DNA of 64,000 nt from Chloroflexota bacterium (GCA_034435355.1 DAOTXE010000024.1:7017-71016); one strand, 5' to 3'. Positions 10,357 to 18,094 are shown, numbered from the stretch's first letter. Numbers and translations are program-made. The notes: generated by a model from the letters alone, not told the origin.

Positions 10357-10360
10357 GCCG

Positions 10361-12889
10361 ATGGCGGACGGCGCGCCGCGGGTCCCGGGGATCGGTTCCG
10401 ACGACCTCGGCCTCGTCGAGCGTCCGCCAGCTGCACGACACGTCGAGGTCGCGGTGGATGCCGCGGGCGTTGCGGGCGGCCGGACGTGGACGTACCGTGT
10501 CCCCGAGGAGCTCGCGGACATCGCCCCGGGCGAAGCGGTGCTCGTGGAGTGGGGTCGGCGGCGTGCGGTCGGGATCGTCATGGGCGAGGCACCGCCGCCC
10601 GACGACGTCTCGGCGCGGCCCCTGGGGGCTCGGATCCGGGCCGACGGGCCGCTTCTCCCGCCCCTGGCGCTGGCGCTTGCGCGCGAGATCGCGGCGCACT
10701 ACCTGGCACCGCCGGCGCTGGCCGTCCGGGCGATGCTGCCACCCGGCCTCCTCGAGAAGCTCGAGCTGATCGCGCGGCCGCTCGAGCCGTCGACCCCGGC
10801 CGCACGCGGGGGCCGGGGTGGGGAGTCCGCCCCCGACCGGGCGACCGAGGACCTGCTCGCGGCGCTGGCCGCCGGCCCCCGGACCGTCCGGGATCTCCCT
10901 GCGCCGGACGGTCGCGCGGCCCTCCTCCGGCGCCTGCGGGCACTCGAGGCGGACGGCAGGGTGGGGCTCGAGTGGACGCTCACGGCGGCCGGTGCCGGGC
11001 CCCGCCACGAACGGATCGCGCGACTCACCGACGCCGGCCGGGCGGTCGTCGCCGGGGCCCGTGCCCCGGACGCCCGTTCGGTCGGGCCGCGCCAGCGCGC
11101 CCTCCTCGTCGATCTCGCCGGGCTGACGCCCGACGTCCCGGGGATCGCGGCCTCGCTGCTCCGGCGCCGTCACGGCCCATCGGCCGCTGCGACGCTCGCG
11201 CGTCGCGGGCTCGTCGTGCTGGCGACCCGTGAGGTGGCCCGGGATCCGCTCGCAGCGCGCCATCGGGCGGGCCGCCCGGGCGCCCGCCCGATGGGGTCCG
11301 ACCTGACGCCCTCCCAGGCCGATGCGGTGAACCTGGTCGTCGGCGCGCTCGCCGCGCGCGACCCGACTCCGCTCGTCGTGGACGGGCCGACCGGTTCCGG
11401 CAGGACCGCGGTCTACGCCGAGTCGATCGCAGCATGCGTTGCCGGGGGCCGGCCGGCGCTCGTGCTCGTCCCGGAGATCGCGCTCGCGCTGCCCCTCGTC
11501 GACCGCCTCCGCAGCGAGCTCGGGGTCGAGGTTGCGATCCTCCACTCGGGCCTGGCCGAAGGCGAGCGCGCCGACGCCTGGCGGCGGATCCGGGCGGGCG
11601 CGATCGAGGTCGTGGTCGGCACGCGGCTCGCGGTGCTGGCCCCGCTCCCGGACGTCGGCCTCGTCATCGTCGACGAGGAGCACGACGCCGCCTTCAAGAG
11701 CGATCGCACGCCCCGGATCCAGGCGCGCGACCTCGCGATCACGCTCGGCAGGCTGGCCGGGGCCGCCGTGGTCCTGGGCAGCGCGACTCCCTCGGTCGAG
11801 ACGTACGGCCAGGCCCGTGCCGGGAGGTACTGCCGCTCGACGCTGGTCGACCGCGCGTCCGGCGCCGCTCCCGAGGTGGAGCTGATAGACCTGCGCGCCG
11901 AGCTCGCCGCAGGCAACCGGGGTCTGCTGTCACGGCGACTGGCCGGCCTGCTCGAGGGGCTCGACCCGGGCGCCGGCGAGCGCGCGATCCTCTTCATCAA
12001 CCGGCGGGGGGCCGCGTCGGCCGTCCTGTGCCGCGACTGCGGCTCCGTCCAGGCATGCCGGGAGTGCACGCGGCCGCTCGTCTACCACCAGGCGGGAATG
12101 ACGCTCCGCTGCCACCACTGCGGGGCGGCGGCCCCGATGGCAACGCGCTGCCCGGCGTGTGGCTCGCCCCGGATCCGGTTCCTGGGCGGAGGCACGGAAC
12201 GCCTGGAAAGTGAGGTCCGGGCCCGGTTCCCAGCGCTTCGGGTGGGCCGCCTCGACCGGGACGTCGTTGAGCGCCGCGGGGCTGCGGAACGGCTGATCGA
12301 CGCGTTCATCGAGGGCCGGGTCGACGTGCTCATCGGCACCAGCCTGGTGACGAAGGGCCTCGACGTGCCGGAGGTGACGCTGGTGGGCATCGTCTCGGCC
12401 GACATCGGGCTGACGCTGCCCGACGAGCGCGCGGCCGAGCGCACGTACCAGCTGCTGGTCCAGGCAATCGGGCGGGCAGGGCGCGGCGGGCGACCCGGGC
12501 GCGCCGTCATCCAGACCTACCAGCCGGACCACCCGGCGATCCAGTCCGTCGTCGCGGGCGACGCGGATGCGTTCTACGCTGCCGAGCTGGCACTCCGCAA
12601 GCAGTTCGGCGCGCCGCCCTTCGGGCGCACGGTCAAGTTGACGGTGGGCGCCGAGGATCGCGAGGCCGCGCGCCGCGAGGCGCATGTGATGGCGGAGCGG
12701 CTCCGCGCCCGCGCCGGTGCCCAGTCGCCGCCGGTCATGGTCGCCGGGCCGGCGCCCGCGTACGTTCCGCGCCGAGGCGGGCGCTGGCGGTTCAATCTCG
12801 TCCTGCGGGGCGTGGACCCGGTGGCGATCCTCGAGGGCGACCCCGGCCCGCCCTGGTCGGTGGACGTCGACCCGGAGAGCCTGCTCTGA
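10361..12889 (+). CDS. priA: Primosomal protein N' / replication restart protein PriA (Walker A lysine replaced)
   Basis: 842 aa. DGPTGSGRTAVY, VIVDEEHD, GSATPS, Cys-rich CRDCG..CREC......CHHCG....CP.CGS zinc module, GTERLE, GTSLVTKGLD. Confidence 0.9.
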   Translation: MADGAPRVPGIGSDDLGLVERPPAARHVEVAVDAAGVAGGRTWTYRVPEELADIAPGEAVLVEWGRRRAVGIVMGEAPPPDDVSARPLGARIRADGPLLPPLALALAREIAAHYLAPPALAVRAMLPPGLLEKLELIARPLEPSTPAARGGRGGESAPDRATEDLLAALAAGPRTVRDLPAPDGRAALLRRLRALEADGRVGLEWTLTAAGAGPRHERIARLTDAGRAVVAGARAPDARSVGPRQRALLVDLAGLTPDVPGIAASLLRRRHGPSAAATLARRGLVVLATREVARDPLAARHRAGRPGARPMGSDLTPSQADAVNLVVGALAARDPTPLVVDGPTGSGRTAVYAESIAACVAGGRPALVLVPEIALALPLVDRLRSELGVEVAILHSGLAEGERADAWRRIRAGAIEVVVGTRLAVLAPLPDVGLVIVDEEHDAAFKSDRTPRIQARDLAITLGRLAGAAVVLGSATPSVETYGQARAGRYCRSTLVDRASGAAPEVELIDLRAELAAGNRGLLSRRLAGLLEGLDPGAGERAILFINRRGAASAVLCRDCGSVQACRECTRPLVYHQAGMTLRCHHCGAAAPMATRCPACGSPRIRFLGGGTERLESEVRARFPALRVGRLDRDVVERRGAAERLIDAFIEGRVDVLIGTSLVTKGLDVPEVTLVGIVSADIGLTLPDERAAERTYQLLVQAIGRAGRGGRPGRAVIQTYQPDHPAIQSVVAGDADAFYAAELALRKQFGAPPFGRTVKLTVGAEDREAARREAHVMAERLRARAGAQSPPVMVAGPAPAYVPRRGGRWRFNLVLRGVDPVAILEGDPGPPWSVDVDPESLL

Positions 12890-12953
12890 CGGTTTCGCAG
12901 CGATGTCCGGAGGAGAGGACCGACGGCACTTGGCCTGCGGCGCGCGGGGCGGC

Positions 12954-12959
12954 GACAAT
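12954..12959 (+). promoter_or_regulatory. Possible -10 element GACAAT upstream of the 134-aa hypothetical gene
   Basis: AT-rich hexamer 29 nt upstream of ATG 12988; a strong AAGGAG SD lies between them. Confidence 0.3.
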
Positions 12960-12987
12960 AGCGAGACCAGCCGCAAGGAGATCAGCC

Positions 12988-13392
12988 ATGACCGACGACC
13001 AGATTCCCCCCGCGGGGCCCGATGCCGGCGAGCCGAACGCCGGCGGGGAGGCGCCGCCCGAGACGCACTCGGCGTCGCAGGGCCGTGAATGGCTCGCCCA
13101 GCTCCAGCAGATGATCGACCAGGTCGCGGCGCACGCGGGCCCGGTCGCTCGCGACGTCGCCGCGAAGGCCGCGGAGCTCGCCGCCGTTGCCGGCGAGAAG
13201 GCCGGACCGCTCGCGAAGCGGGCCGCGGAGAAGACCGAGGAGGTCGGTGCGCGCGTCGCGGATCGGTCGCGCCGCTTCGCCGACGAGATCCGTCACCATG
13301 CGGAGGGAGACGCTTCCTCGGCTGAGGCCGGCGGGCCCGGGCCGGCTGACGACGCCGCCGCCCCGCACGACGACGACATCGCCGGCGCCTGA
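12988..13392 (+). CDS. Hypothetical protein, Ala/Glu-rich predicted helical (134 aa)
   Basis: ORF with canonical AAGGAG SD 7 nt upstream. Disordered Pro/Gly/Asp ends flank an amphipathic core (WLAQLQQMIDQVAAHAGPVARDVAAKAAELAAVAGEKAGPLAKRAAEKTEEVGARVADRSRRFADEI). No family recognised. Confidence 0.6.
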   Translation: MTDDQIPPAGPDAGEPNAGGEAPPETHSASQGREWLAQLQQMIDQVAAHAGPVARDVAAKAAELAAVAGEKAGPLAKRAAEKTEEVGARVADRSRRFADEIRHHAEGDASSAEAGGPGPADDAAAPHDDDIAGA

Positions 13393-13479
13393 CGCGCTCC
13401 GTCCCGCTCGTCCGCCGGTCGGCACGCCGCCGTCCGCGCACGTCCGCGTCGGCAGGCGGGCGCAGACGGGAGGCTCTCG

Positions 13480-13485
13480 TATACT
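13480..13485 (+). promoter_or_regulatory. Putative -10 element TATACT, 6 nt before the def ATG (leaderless transcript predicted)
   Basis: TATACTCGGCGCATG: the hexamer ends at 13485 and the ATG starts at 13492. No SD is possible in that gap. Confidence 0.5.
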
Positions 13486-13491
13486 CGGCGC

Positions 13492-14052
13492 ATGAGCGTG
13501 CTCCCGATCCTCACCCTCGGTGACCCCCGGCTTCGCCTCCGGGGCCAGCCGGTGGAAAGCTTCAACAAGTTCCTGCACGGGTTGATCGACGACCTGACCG
13601 ACACCATGCGCCATGCACCGGGCGTGGGACTGGCCGCCCCGCAGCTCGGCGAAGCCCTGAACGTCGCCGTGGTCGAGGTCGAGGACCGCCTCTTCGAGCT
13701 CGTCAATCCGAGGATCGTTCGTGCCGACGGGGAGAACCGGGACCTGGAGGGCTGTCTCTCGATCCCGGGCTATGTGGCCTACGTGACGCGCAACGAGAAG
13801 GTCTGGGTGGTCGCCCAGAACCGGGTCGGCAAGAAGTTCAAGGTCGCAGGGTCGGGCTTCCTCGGACGCGCCTTCCAGCACGAGCTGGATCACCTGAAGG
13901 GGAAGCTCTACATCGACTACCTCGCCTCGCCGGACGAGCTGATCCCGGTCGGGCGGGGCGGAATGGACGACGAGGAGGACCGGGCCGCAGACGCGGCGCT
14001 CGAGCAGCGCGGGATCGACCCCGAGCTTGCGAAGGCTGCGTCCCGCGGCTGA
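13492..14052 (+). CDS. def: Peptide deformylase
   Basis: GVGLAAPQLG, EGCLSIPG, HELDHL metal-binding motifs; followed by fmt. Confidence 0.95.
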   Translation: MSVLPILTLGDPRLRLRGQPVESFNKFLHGLIDDLTDTMRHAPGVGLAAPQLGEALNVAVVEVEDRLFELVNPRIVRADGENRDLEGCLSIPGYVAYVTRNEKVWVVAQNRVGKKFKVAGSGFLGRAFQHELDHLKGKLYIDYLASPDELIPVGRGGMDDEEDRAADAALEQRGIDPELAKAASRG

Positions 14053-14989
14053 GCGCGCGCGGGTCGTCTTCTTCGGGTCCGGGTTGTTTGCCGTCCCGGT
14101 GCTGGAGGCGCTCCTCGCCGCACCCGAGGCGACCCTGGTCGGGATCGTGACCGCGCCACCGCGCCCCGCCGGCAGGAACGCGACCCCCAGGCCAACCCCG
14201 GTTGGGGAGCGCGCGCGCGGGCTCGGTCTCCCCGTCCTGGCGCCGCCGCGACTCCGTGACGACGCATTCGCCGGGCAGCTGGCGGAGCTGCGTCCAACGC
14301 TCGGCGTCCTCGCCGACTACGGGAAGCTGGTGCCGGCGGCGATCCTCGACCTTCCGGACCGCGGCATCGTCAACCTCCACCCGTCACTGCTCCCGCGTCA
14401 TCGCGGGGCGACGCCCGTCACGGCGGCCATCCTGGAGGGCGCGGCGGAGACGGGCGTGAGCCTCTTCCGGATGGACGCCGGGATGGACACGGGCCCGATC
14501 ATCGCCGCGGAAACGCTTGCCCTCTCGGGCGAGGAGGACGCGCCCGAGCTCGAGGCGCGCCTGGCGGCGATCGCGGCCGGGCTGCTGCGCCGGACGCTGG
14601 GGCCGTGGCTCGACGGCGCGCTGCCGGCCGTCCCGCAATCCGAGGACGGCGCCAGCGTGACCCGACCGCTGCGACGCACCGATGGGCGGCTCGACCCGGC
14701 GCTTCCGGCCGCCACCCTCGAGCGGCAGGTGCGGGCGTTCCGGCCGTGGCCGGGCACGTTCCTGGAGTGGCCGGCCGGCCGGGTCGCCGTCCTGCGGGCC
14801 GGGGTGGCCCAGGGGCGCGCCGGCGACGAGCCCGGGCTCCTCGTCCGCGACGAGCCGGTGGGCCTCGCGCTCGCGACCGCGCACGACCGCCTCCGGATCC
14901 TGGAGGTCCAGCCGGCGGGCGGGCGGGCGATGGATGCCGCGACGTTGCTCCGGGGTCGCCCCGGGCTGATCGGCACCCGGGTGGGATAA
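14027..14989 (+). CDS. fmt: Methionyl-tRNA formyltransferase
   Basis: VVFFGS..FAVPVLEAL, NLHPSLLPRHRGATPV, C-terminal Fmt domain. TTG start at 14027 overlaps the def end by 26 nt. Confidence 0.9.
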   Translation: MRRLRPAAERARVVFFGSGLFAVPVLEALLAAPEATLVGIVTAPPRPAGRNATPRPTPVGERARGLGLPVLAPPRLRDDAFAGQLAELRPTLGVLADYGKLVPAAILDLPDRGIVNLHPSLLPRHRGATPVTAAILEGAAETGVSLFRMDAGMDTGPIIAAETLALSGEEDAPELEARLAAIAAGLLRRTLGPWLDGALPAVPQSEDGASVTRPLRRTDGRLDPALPAATLERQVRAFRPWPGTFLEWPAGRVAVLRAGVAQGRAGDEPGLLVRDEPVGLALATAHDRLRILEVQPAGGRAMDAATLLRGRPGLIGTRVG

Positions 14990-14990
14990 T
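14985..14990 (+). promoter_or_regulatory. Possible -10 element GATAAT (over the fmt stop) 9 nt before the rlmN ATG
   Basis: GGGATAATCACGCCTCCATG; no SD between hexamer and ATG 15000. Weak evidence for a short or leaderless start. Confidence 0.25.
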
Positions 14991-14999
14991 CACGCCTCC

Positions 15000-16400
15000 A
15001 TGAGCGACCTCCCCGGCGCACACGTCCCGCTGCCGACGCGCCTCCCCGCGGCGCCCCGCGACCCCCGTCCGGGCGTGGCGGGTCTCGAGCCGGCCGCGCT
15101 GGCCGCCATCCTCGCCGGGATGGGCGAGCCGGCGTTTCGCGCCCGGCAGGTGGGCACGTCCGTGTGGCGCACCGAGGCCGCCTCGTGGGACGAGGTGACA
15201 ACCCTCGGGCTGCCCCTCCGCGCCGGTCTGGCCGAGCGTCTCCGTTTCGACACGCTCGCGGCGAGCGAGACCCGTCCCTCGGACGACGGTGCGACGGAGA
15301 AGGCGCTCCACCGGCTGTCCGACGGGAGGCTGGTCGAGAGCGTCCTCATGCACTACCCCGCGCGCGGCGAGCGGCGCGAACGGAACACCCTGTGCATCAG
15401 CAGCCAGGCGGGCTGCGCCGTCGGTTGCCCGTTCTGCGCCACGGGCGAGCTCGGGTTCGAGCGCGATCTCGACGTGGCCGAGATCGTCGACCAGGCCCGC
15501 CATGCCCGGCGCCGCCTCGCAGCCCGAGGCCGCCACCTGACGAACCTCGTCTTCATGGGGATGGGCGAGCCGCTCCTCAATCTCGATGCCGTGCTGGCGG
15601 CGGCCGGCGTGATCACGGACGCGGATCGCTTCGGGCTGGGTGCCCGCCACGTGACGATCTCGACGTCGGGGGTGGTGCCGGGCATCGAGCGTCTCACGGC
15701 CCTTCGTCCCCAGTGGACGCTCGCGGTGAGCCTCCACGCCGCGCGCGACCCGCTCCGCGATCTGCTCGTGCCGCTCAACCGGCGCTGGCCCGTGCGCGCG
15801 GTGGTGGCTGCCGCGGCCGGCTACGCTGCGGCGACCGGGCGCCGGGTCAGCTACGAGTACGTGATGATCGACGGCCTGAACGACGCGGCTGCCGACGCGG
15901 ACGCGCTGGCGCGTCTCCTGGCCGGGACCGGGAGCCACGTGAACTGCATCCCAATGAACCCCGTCGCCCACACGCCGTGGCAGGCGAGCCGACCCGAGCG
16001 GATCGAGGCGTTCGCCGGACGCCTGCAGGCGTCCGGGATCGGGGTCACGATCCGGCGGAACCGGGGCCAGGAGGTCGGCGCAGCGTGCGGCCAGCTGGCG
16101 GCCGAACGGTCCGCAGAGCCCCCGGCCGCGGTCGTCGCGCGGCGCCAGGCCCTCCTCGTGGCTGCCTCTGCGTTCGCACTCGCCGGCGAGCGAAGCCGGG
16201 AGCTCGGCCCGGCCGGCCAGCCCGCCGGATCGCCGGAGCGGGCGGAGCCCCCGCCGGCGCGGTCCGCGCTGCCGTCACGCGCGGCGGAACCCCGCCCGGC
16301 GGCTGCGCGCGCCCGCCCGCCGGGCTCGGATGCGCGACCGTCTCGCCGCCCGCCGGCCGGACGACGCCCGCCCGGTCCATCGCGGCGCAGGAGCGGCTGA
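15000..16400 (+). CDS. rlmN: 23S rRNA/tRNA (adenine-C2)-methyltransferase RlmN (radical SAM) with ~97-aa low-complexity C-terminal tail
   Basis: CISSQAGCAVGCPFCATG radical-SAM cluster motif, MGMGEPLLN, ISTSG, SLHA, CIPMNP, GAACGQL. Tail from about 16107 is Pro/Ala/Arg-rich. Confidence 0.9.
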   Translation: MSDLPGAHVPLPTRLPAAPRDPRPGVAGLEPAALAAILAGMGEPAFRARQVGTSVWRTEAASWDEVTTLGLPLRAGLAERLRFDTLAASETRPSDDGATEKALHRLSDGRLVESVLMHYPARGERRERNTLCISSQAGCAVGCPFCATGELGFERDLDVAEIVDQARHARRRLAARGRHLTNLVFMGMGEPLLNLDAVLAAAGVITDADRFGLGARHVTISTSGVVPGIERLTALRPQWTLAVSLHAARDPLRDLLVPLNRRWPVRAVVAAAAGYAAATGRRVSYEYVMIDGLNDAAADADALARLLAGTGSHVNCIPMNPVAHTPWQASRPERIEAFAGRLQASGIGVTIRRNRGQEVGAACGQLAAERSAEPPAAVVARRQALLVAASAFALAGERSRELGPAGQPAGSPERAEPPPARSALPSRAAEPRPAAARARPPGSDARPSRRPPAGRRPPGPSRRRSG

Positions 16401-17395
16401 TGGGCGAGGGACGGGCCCGGATCGCCGCGAGCATCCTGAACGCGAACCTCGGCAACCTCGCCTACGAGGTCCGCCGGGTGATCCGGGCCGGCGCTGACCG
16501 GATCCACCTGGACGTGATGGACGCGCACTTCGTCCCGAACTTGACGTTCGGTGCAAGCACGATCCGGGCGCTCCGTCCGGTGACGAAGGTCCCGTTCGAC
16601 GCGCACCTGATGATTGCCGAGCCGGGTCGCTGGCTGGACGAGTTCCTCGAGGCCGGCTGCGACTCGATCACGATCCATGTCGAGGTGTCGGAGCCGATCG
16701 AGCCGGTGTTGCGCCGGATCCGGGCGGCCGGCCGGGCGGCCGGCCTGGCGCTCCGCCCCGGCACGCCGCTCGGCGCGCTCGAGCCGTACCGCGAGCTGCT
16801 CGACATCGTGATGGTGATGACCGTGGAGCCGGGCTTCGGTGGGCAGGCGTTCATGCGCGACGTCGCGCAGGCGAAGATCCTCCCGGCCCGCGACCTGCTC
16901 TCCCACAAGCCATGGGGCGGCGAGGTCCACGTGGACGGGGGCGTGAGCCGCGAGACGGCCGAGCTCGTCGGAGGCCTCGGGGCCGATGTGCTCGTGGTCG
17001 GATCAGCGCTCTTCACGAAGGGCCGCGACCAGGCCCGGGAGGTGCGCCTGGTCCGCACGCTGGCCGACGAGGGTTTCGCGAACGAGCGCAATGCTGGTGT
17101 CGCGCCGCGACCACGGGACGAGATGGTCCGATTCGCACAGCTTCCGCGGCACCTCGCGGGTCCCCTCAGCGATGCGATCGAGCATGGCAGGGTGCCGGTC
17201 GTGATGCTTCGGGGAGAGGGTCAGGTCAACCCTGACGGCATACGAGACTACGATCTGCTGATCCCGCGCGGTGCGGAAGGGTGGGCCACCGCCAACTTCG
17301 GCGAGGCCCGTGACGCTGCCATGGCCGAAGCCGAGTCCTGGCGGGCCCGTCTCCGTGCCGGCGGAGGCGACCCTCCGCGCGAGGGCCGAGCCTGA
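16400..17395 (+). CDS. rpe: Ribulose-phosphate 3-epimerase fused to ~105-aa C-terminal region of unknown function
   Basis: ATG 16400 (ATGA overlap with rlmN stop). IAASILNAN, HLDVMDAHFVPN, MTVEPGFGGQ.F, VDGG, VVGSALF are Rpe motifs within aa 1-225. The frame stays open to 17395. Confidence 0.88.
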   Translation: MGEGRARIAASILNANLGNLAYEVRRVIRAGADRIHLDVMDAHFVPNLTFGASTIRALRPVTKVPFDAHLMIAEPGRWLDEFLEAGCDSITIHVEVSEPIEPVLRRIRAAGRAAGLALRPGTPLGALEPYRELLDIVMVMTVEPGFGGQAFMRDVAQAKILPARDLLSHKPWGGEVHVDGGVSRETAELVGGLGADVLVVGSALFTKGRDQAREVRLVRTLADEGFANERNAGVAPRPRDEMVRFAQLPRHLAGPLSDAIEHGRVPVVMLRGEGQVNPDGIRDYDLLIPRGAEGWATANFGEARDAAMAEAESWRARLRAGGGDPPREGRA

Positions 17396-17399
17396 GGCC

Positions 17400-17812
17400 G
17401 TGCGTGCGCTCCTTCAGCGCGTCAGCCGGGCAGAGGTCCGGGTCGCCGACGAGCCGGTCGGCGCGATCGGACGGGGCGTGCTCGTCTTCGTGGGGGTGGC
17501 GCCCGGGGACGACGAGGCCGTCGCGGACGCGCTCGCACGCCGCGTCGTGGAGCTCCGGATCCACGAGGATCGCGACGGACGGACCAACCTGTCCCTCGGT
17601 GAGGTCGGGGGCGCCGTGCTGGCCGTGAGCCAGTTCACGCTCTACGCGGACACGCGCCACCGCTCCAAGCACGCGCGCTGTACGAGCGCTTCTGCCGGAC
17701 CGTCGAGTCGACCGGCACGCGTGTCGAGCGTGGCCGGTTCGGGGAGTCGATGGCGGTCGAGCTGGTCAACGACGGGCCGTTCACGATCTGGCTCGACAGC
17801 GCCGACCGCTGA
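17400..17812 (+). pseudogene. dtd: D-aminoacyl-tRNA deacylase disrupted by internal deletion and frameshift
   Basis: GTG 17400: VRALLQRVSRAEVRV...SQFTLYADTR in one frame. The conserved C-terminus APPLQARALYERF...GRFGESMAVELVNDGPFTIWLDS continues in another frame to TGA 17810-17812. Total 413 nt (not a multiple of 3), and about 10 residues spanning the G.RPSF segment are missing. Confidence 0.75.
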
Positions 17813-17832
17813 GCACCCGCCGGACATGCGAT

Positions 17833-17853
17833 GGCCCGGCGCACGGCCGGGCC
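17833..17853. terminator. GC hairpin between convergent dtd and rpmB (possible bidirectional terminator)
   Basis: GGCCCGGC-gcacg-GCCGGGCC, 8-bp stem; no U-tract on either strand. Confidence 0.3.
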
Positions 17854-17896
17854 AGGCGGGCGGCGCACCGGGGCGGGCGTGGCCCCGGCGATCGGA

Positions 17897-18094
17897 TCAG
17901 CGGCTCTGCTTGGTCTGCGTCCGGCGGCAGCGGGTGCAGGCCAGCTTGCGCACGGCAAGCCCGCCTTCGACGACCGTCAGCGGCTGGAGGTTCGGTTGAT
18001 ACCGGCGGTGGGCACGAACGCGGTTCATCCCGCTCGACTGCGGGTTGAAGCCGCCCATCGAGATCTTGCCGCAGATCGCGCAGCTCCGGGCCAT
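17897..18094 (-). CDS. rpmB: 50S ribosomal protein L28
   Basis: MARSCAICGK....G.N.......R..RRYQPNLQ matches L28; 65 aa from ATG 18094 with GAGGA SD. The track ORF extends further upstream. Confidence 0.9.
   Translation of the reverse strand: MARSCAICGKISMGGFNPQSSGMNRVRAHRRYQPNLQPLTVVEGGLAVRKLACTRCRRTQTKQSR

Noticed and set aside
15164-16399. N-terminal 412 codons of the 743-aa + strand track ORF, and similar upstream extensions of track ORFs at 1335, 8318, 17271, 18045, 23180, 25955, 26517, 27881, 35727, 42443, 46708, 50660, 51871, 55130 and 61236
   Set aside because: Each extension overlaps the preceding well-supported gene in a different frame and is low-complexity. The recognisable protein family begins only at an internal ATG or GTG, usually with an SD or a 4-nt stop/start overlap.
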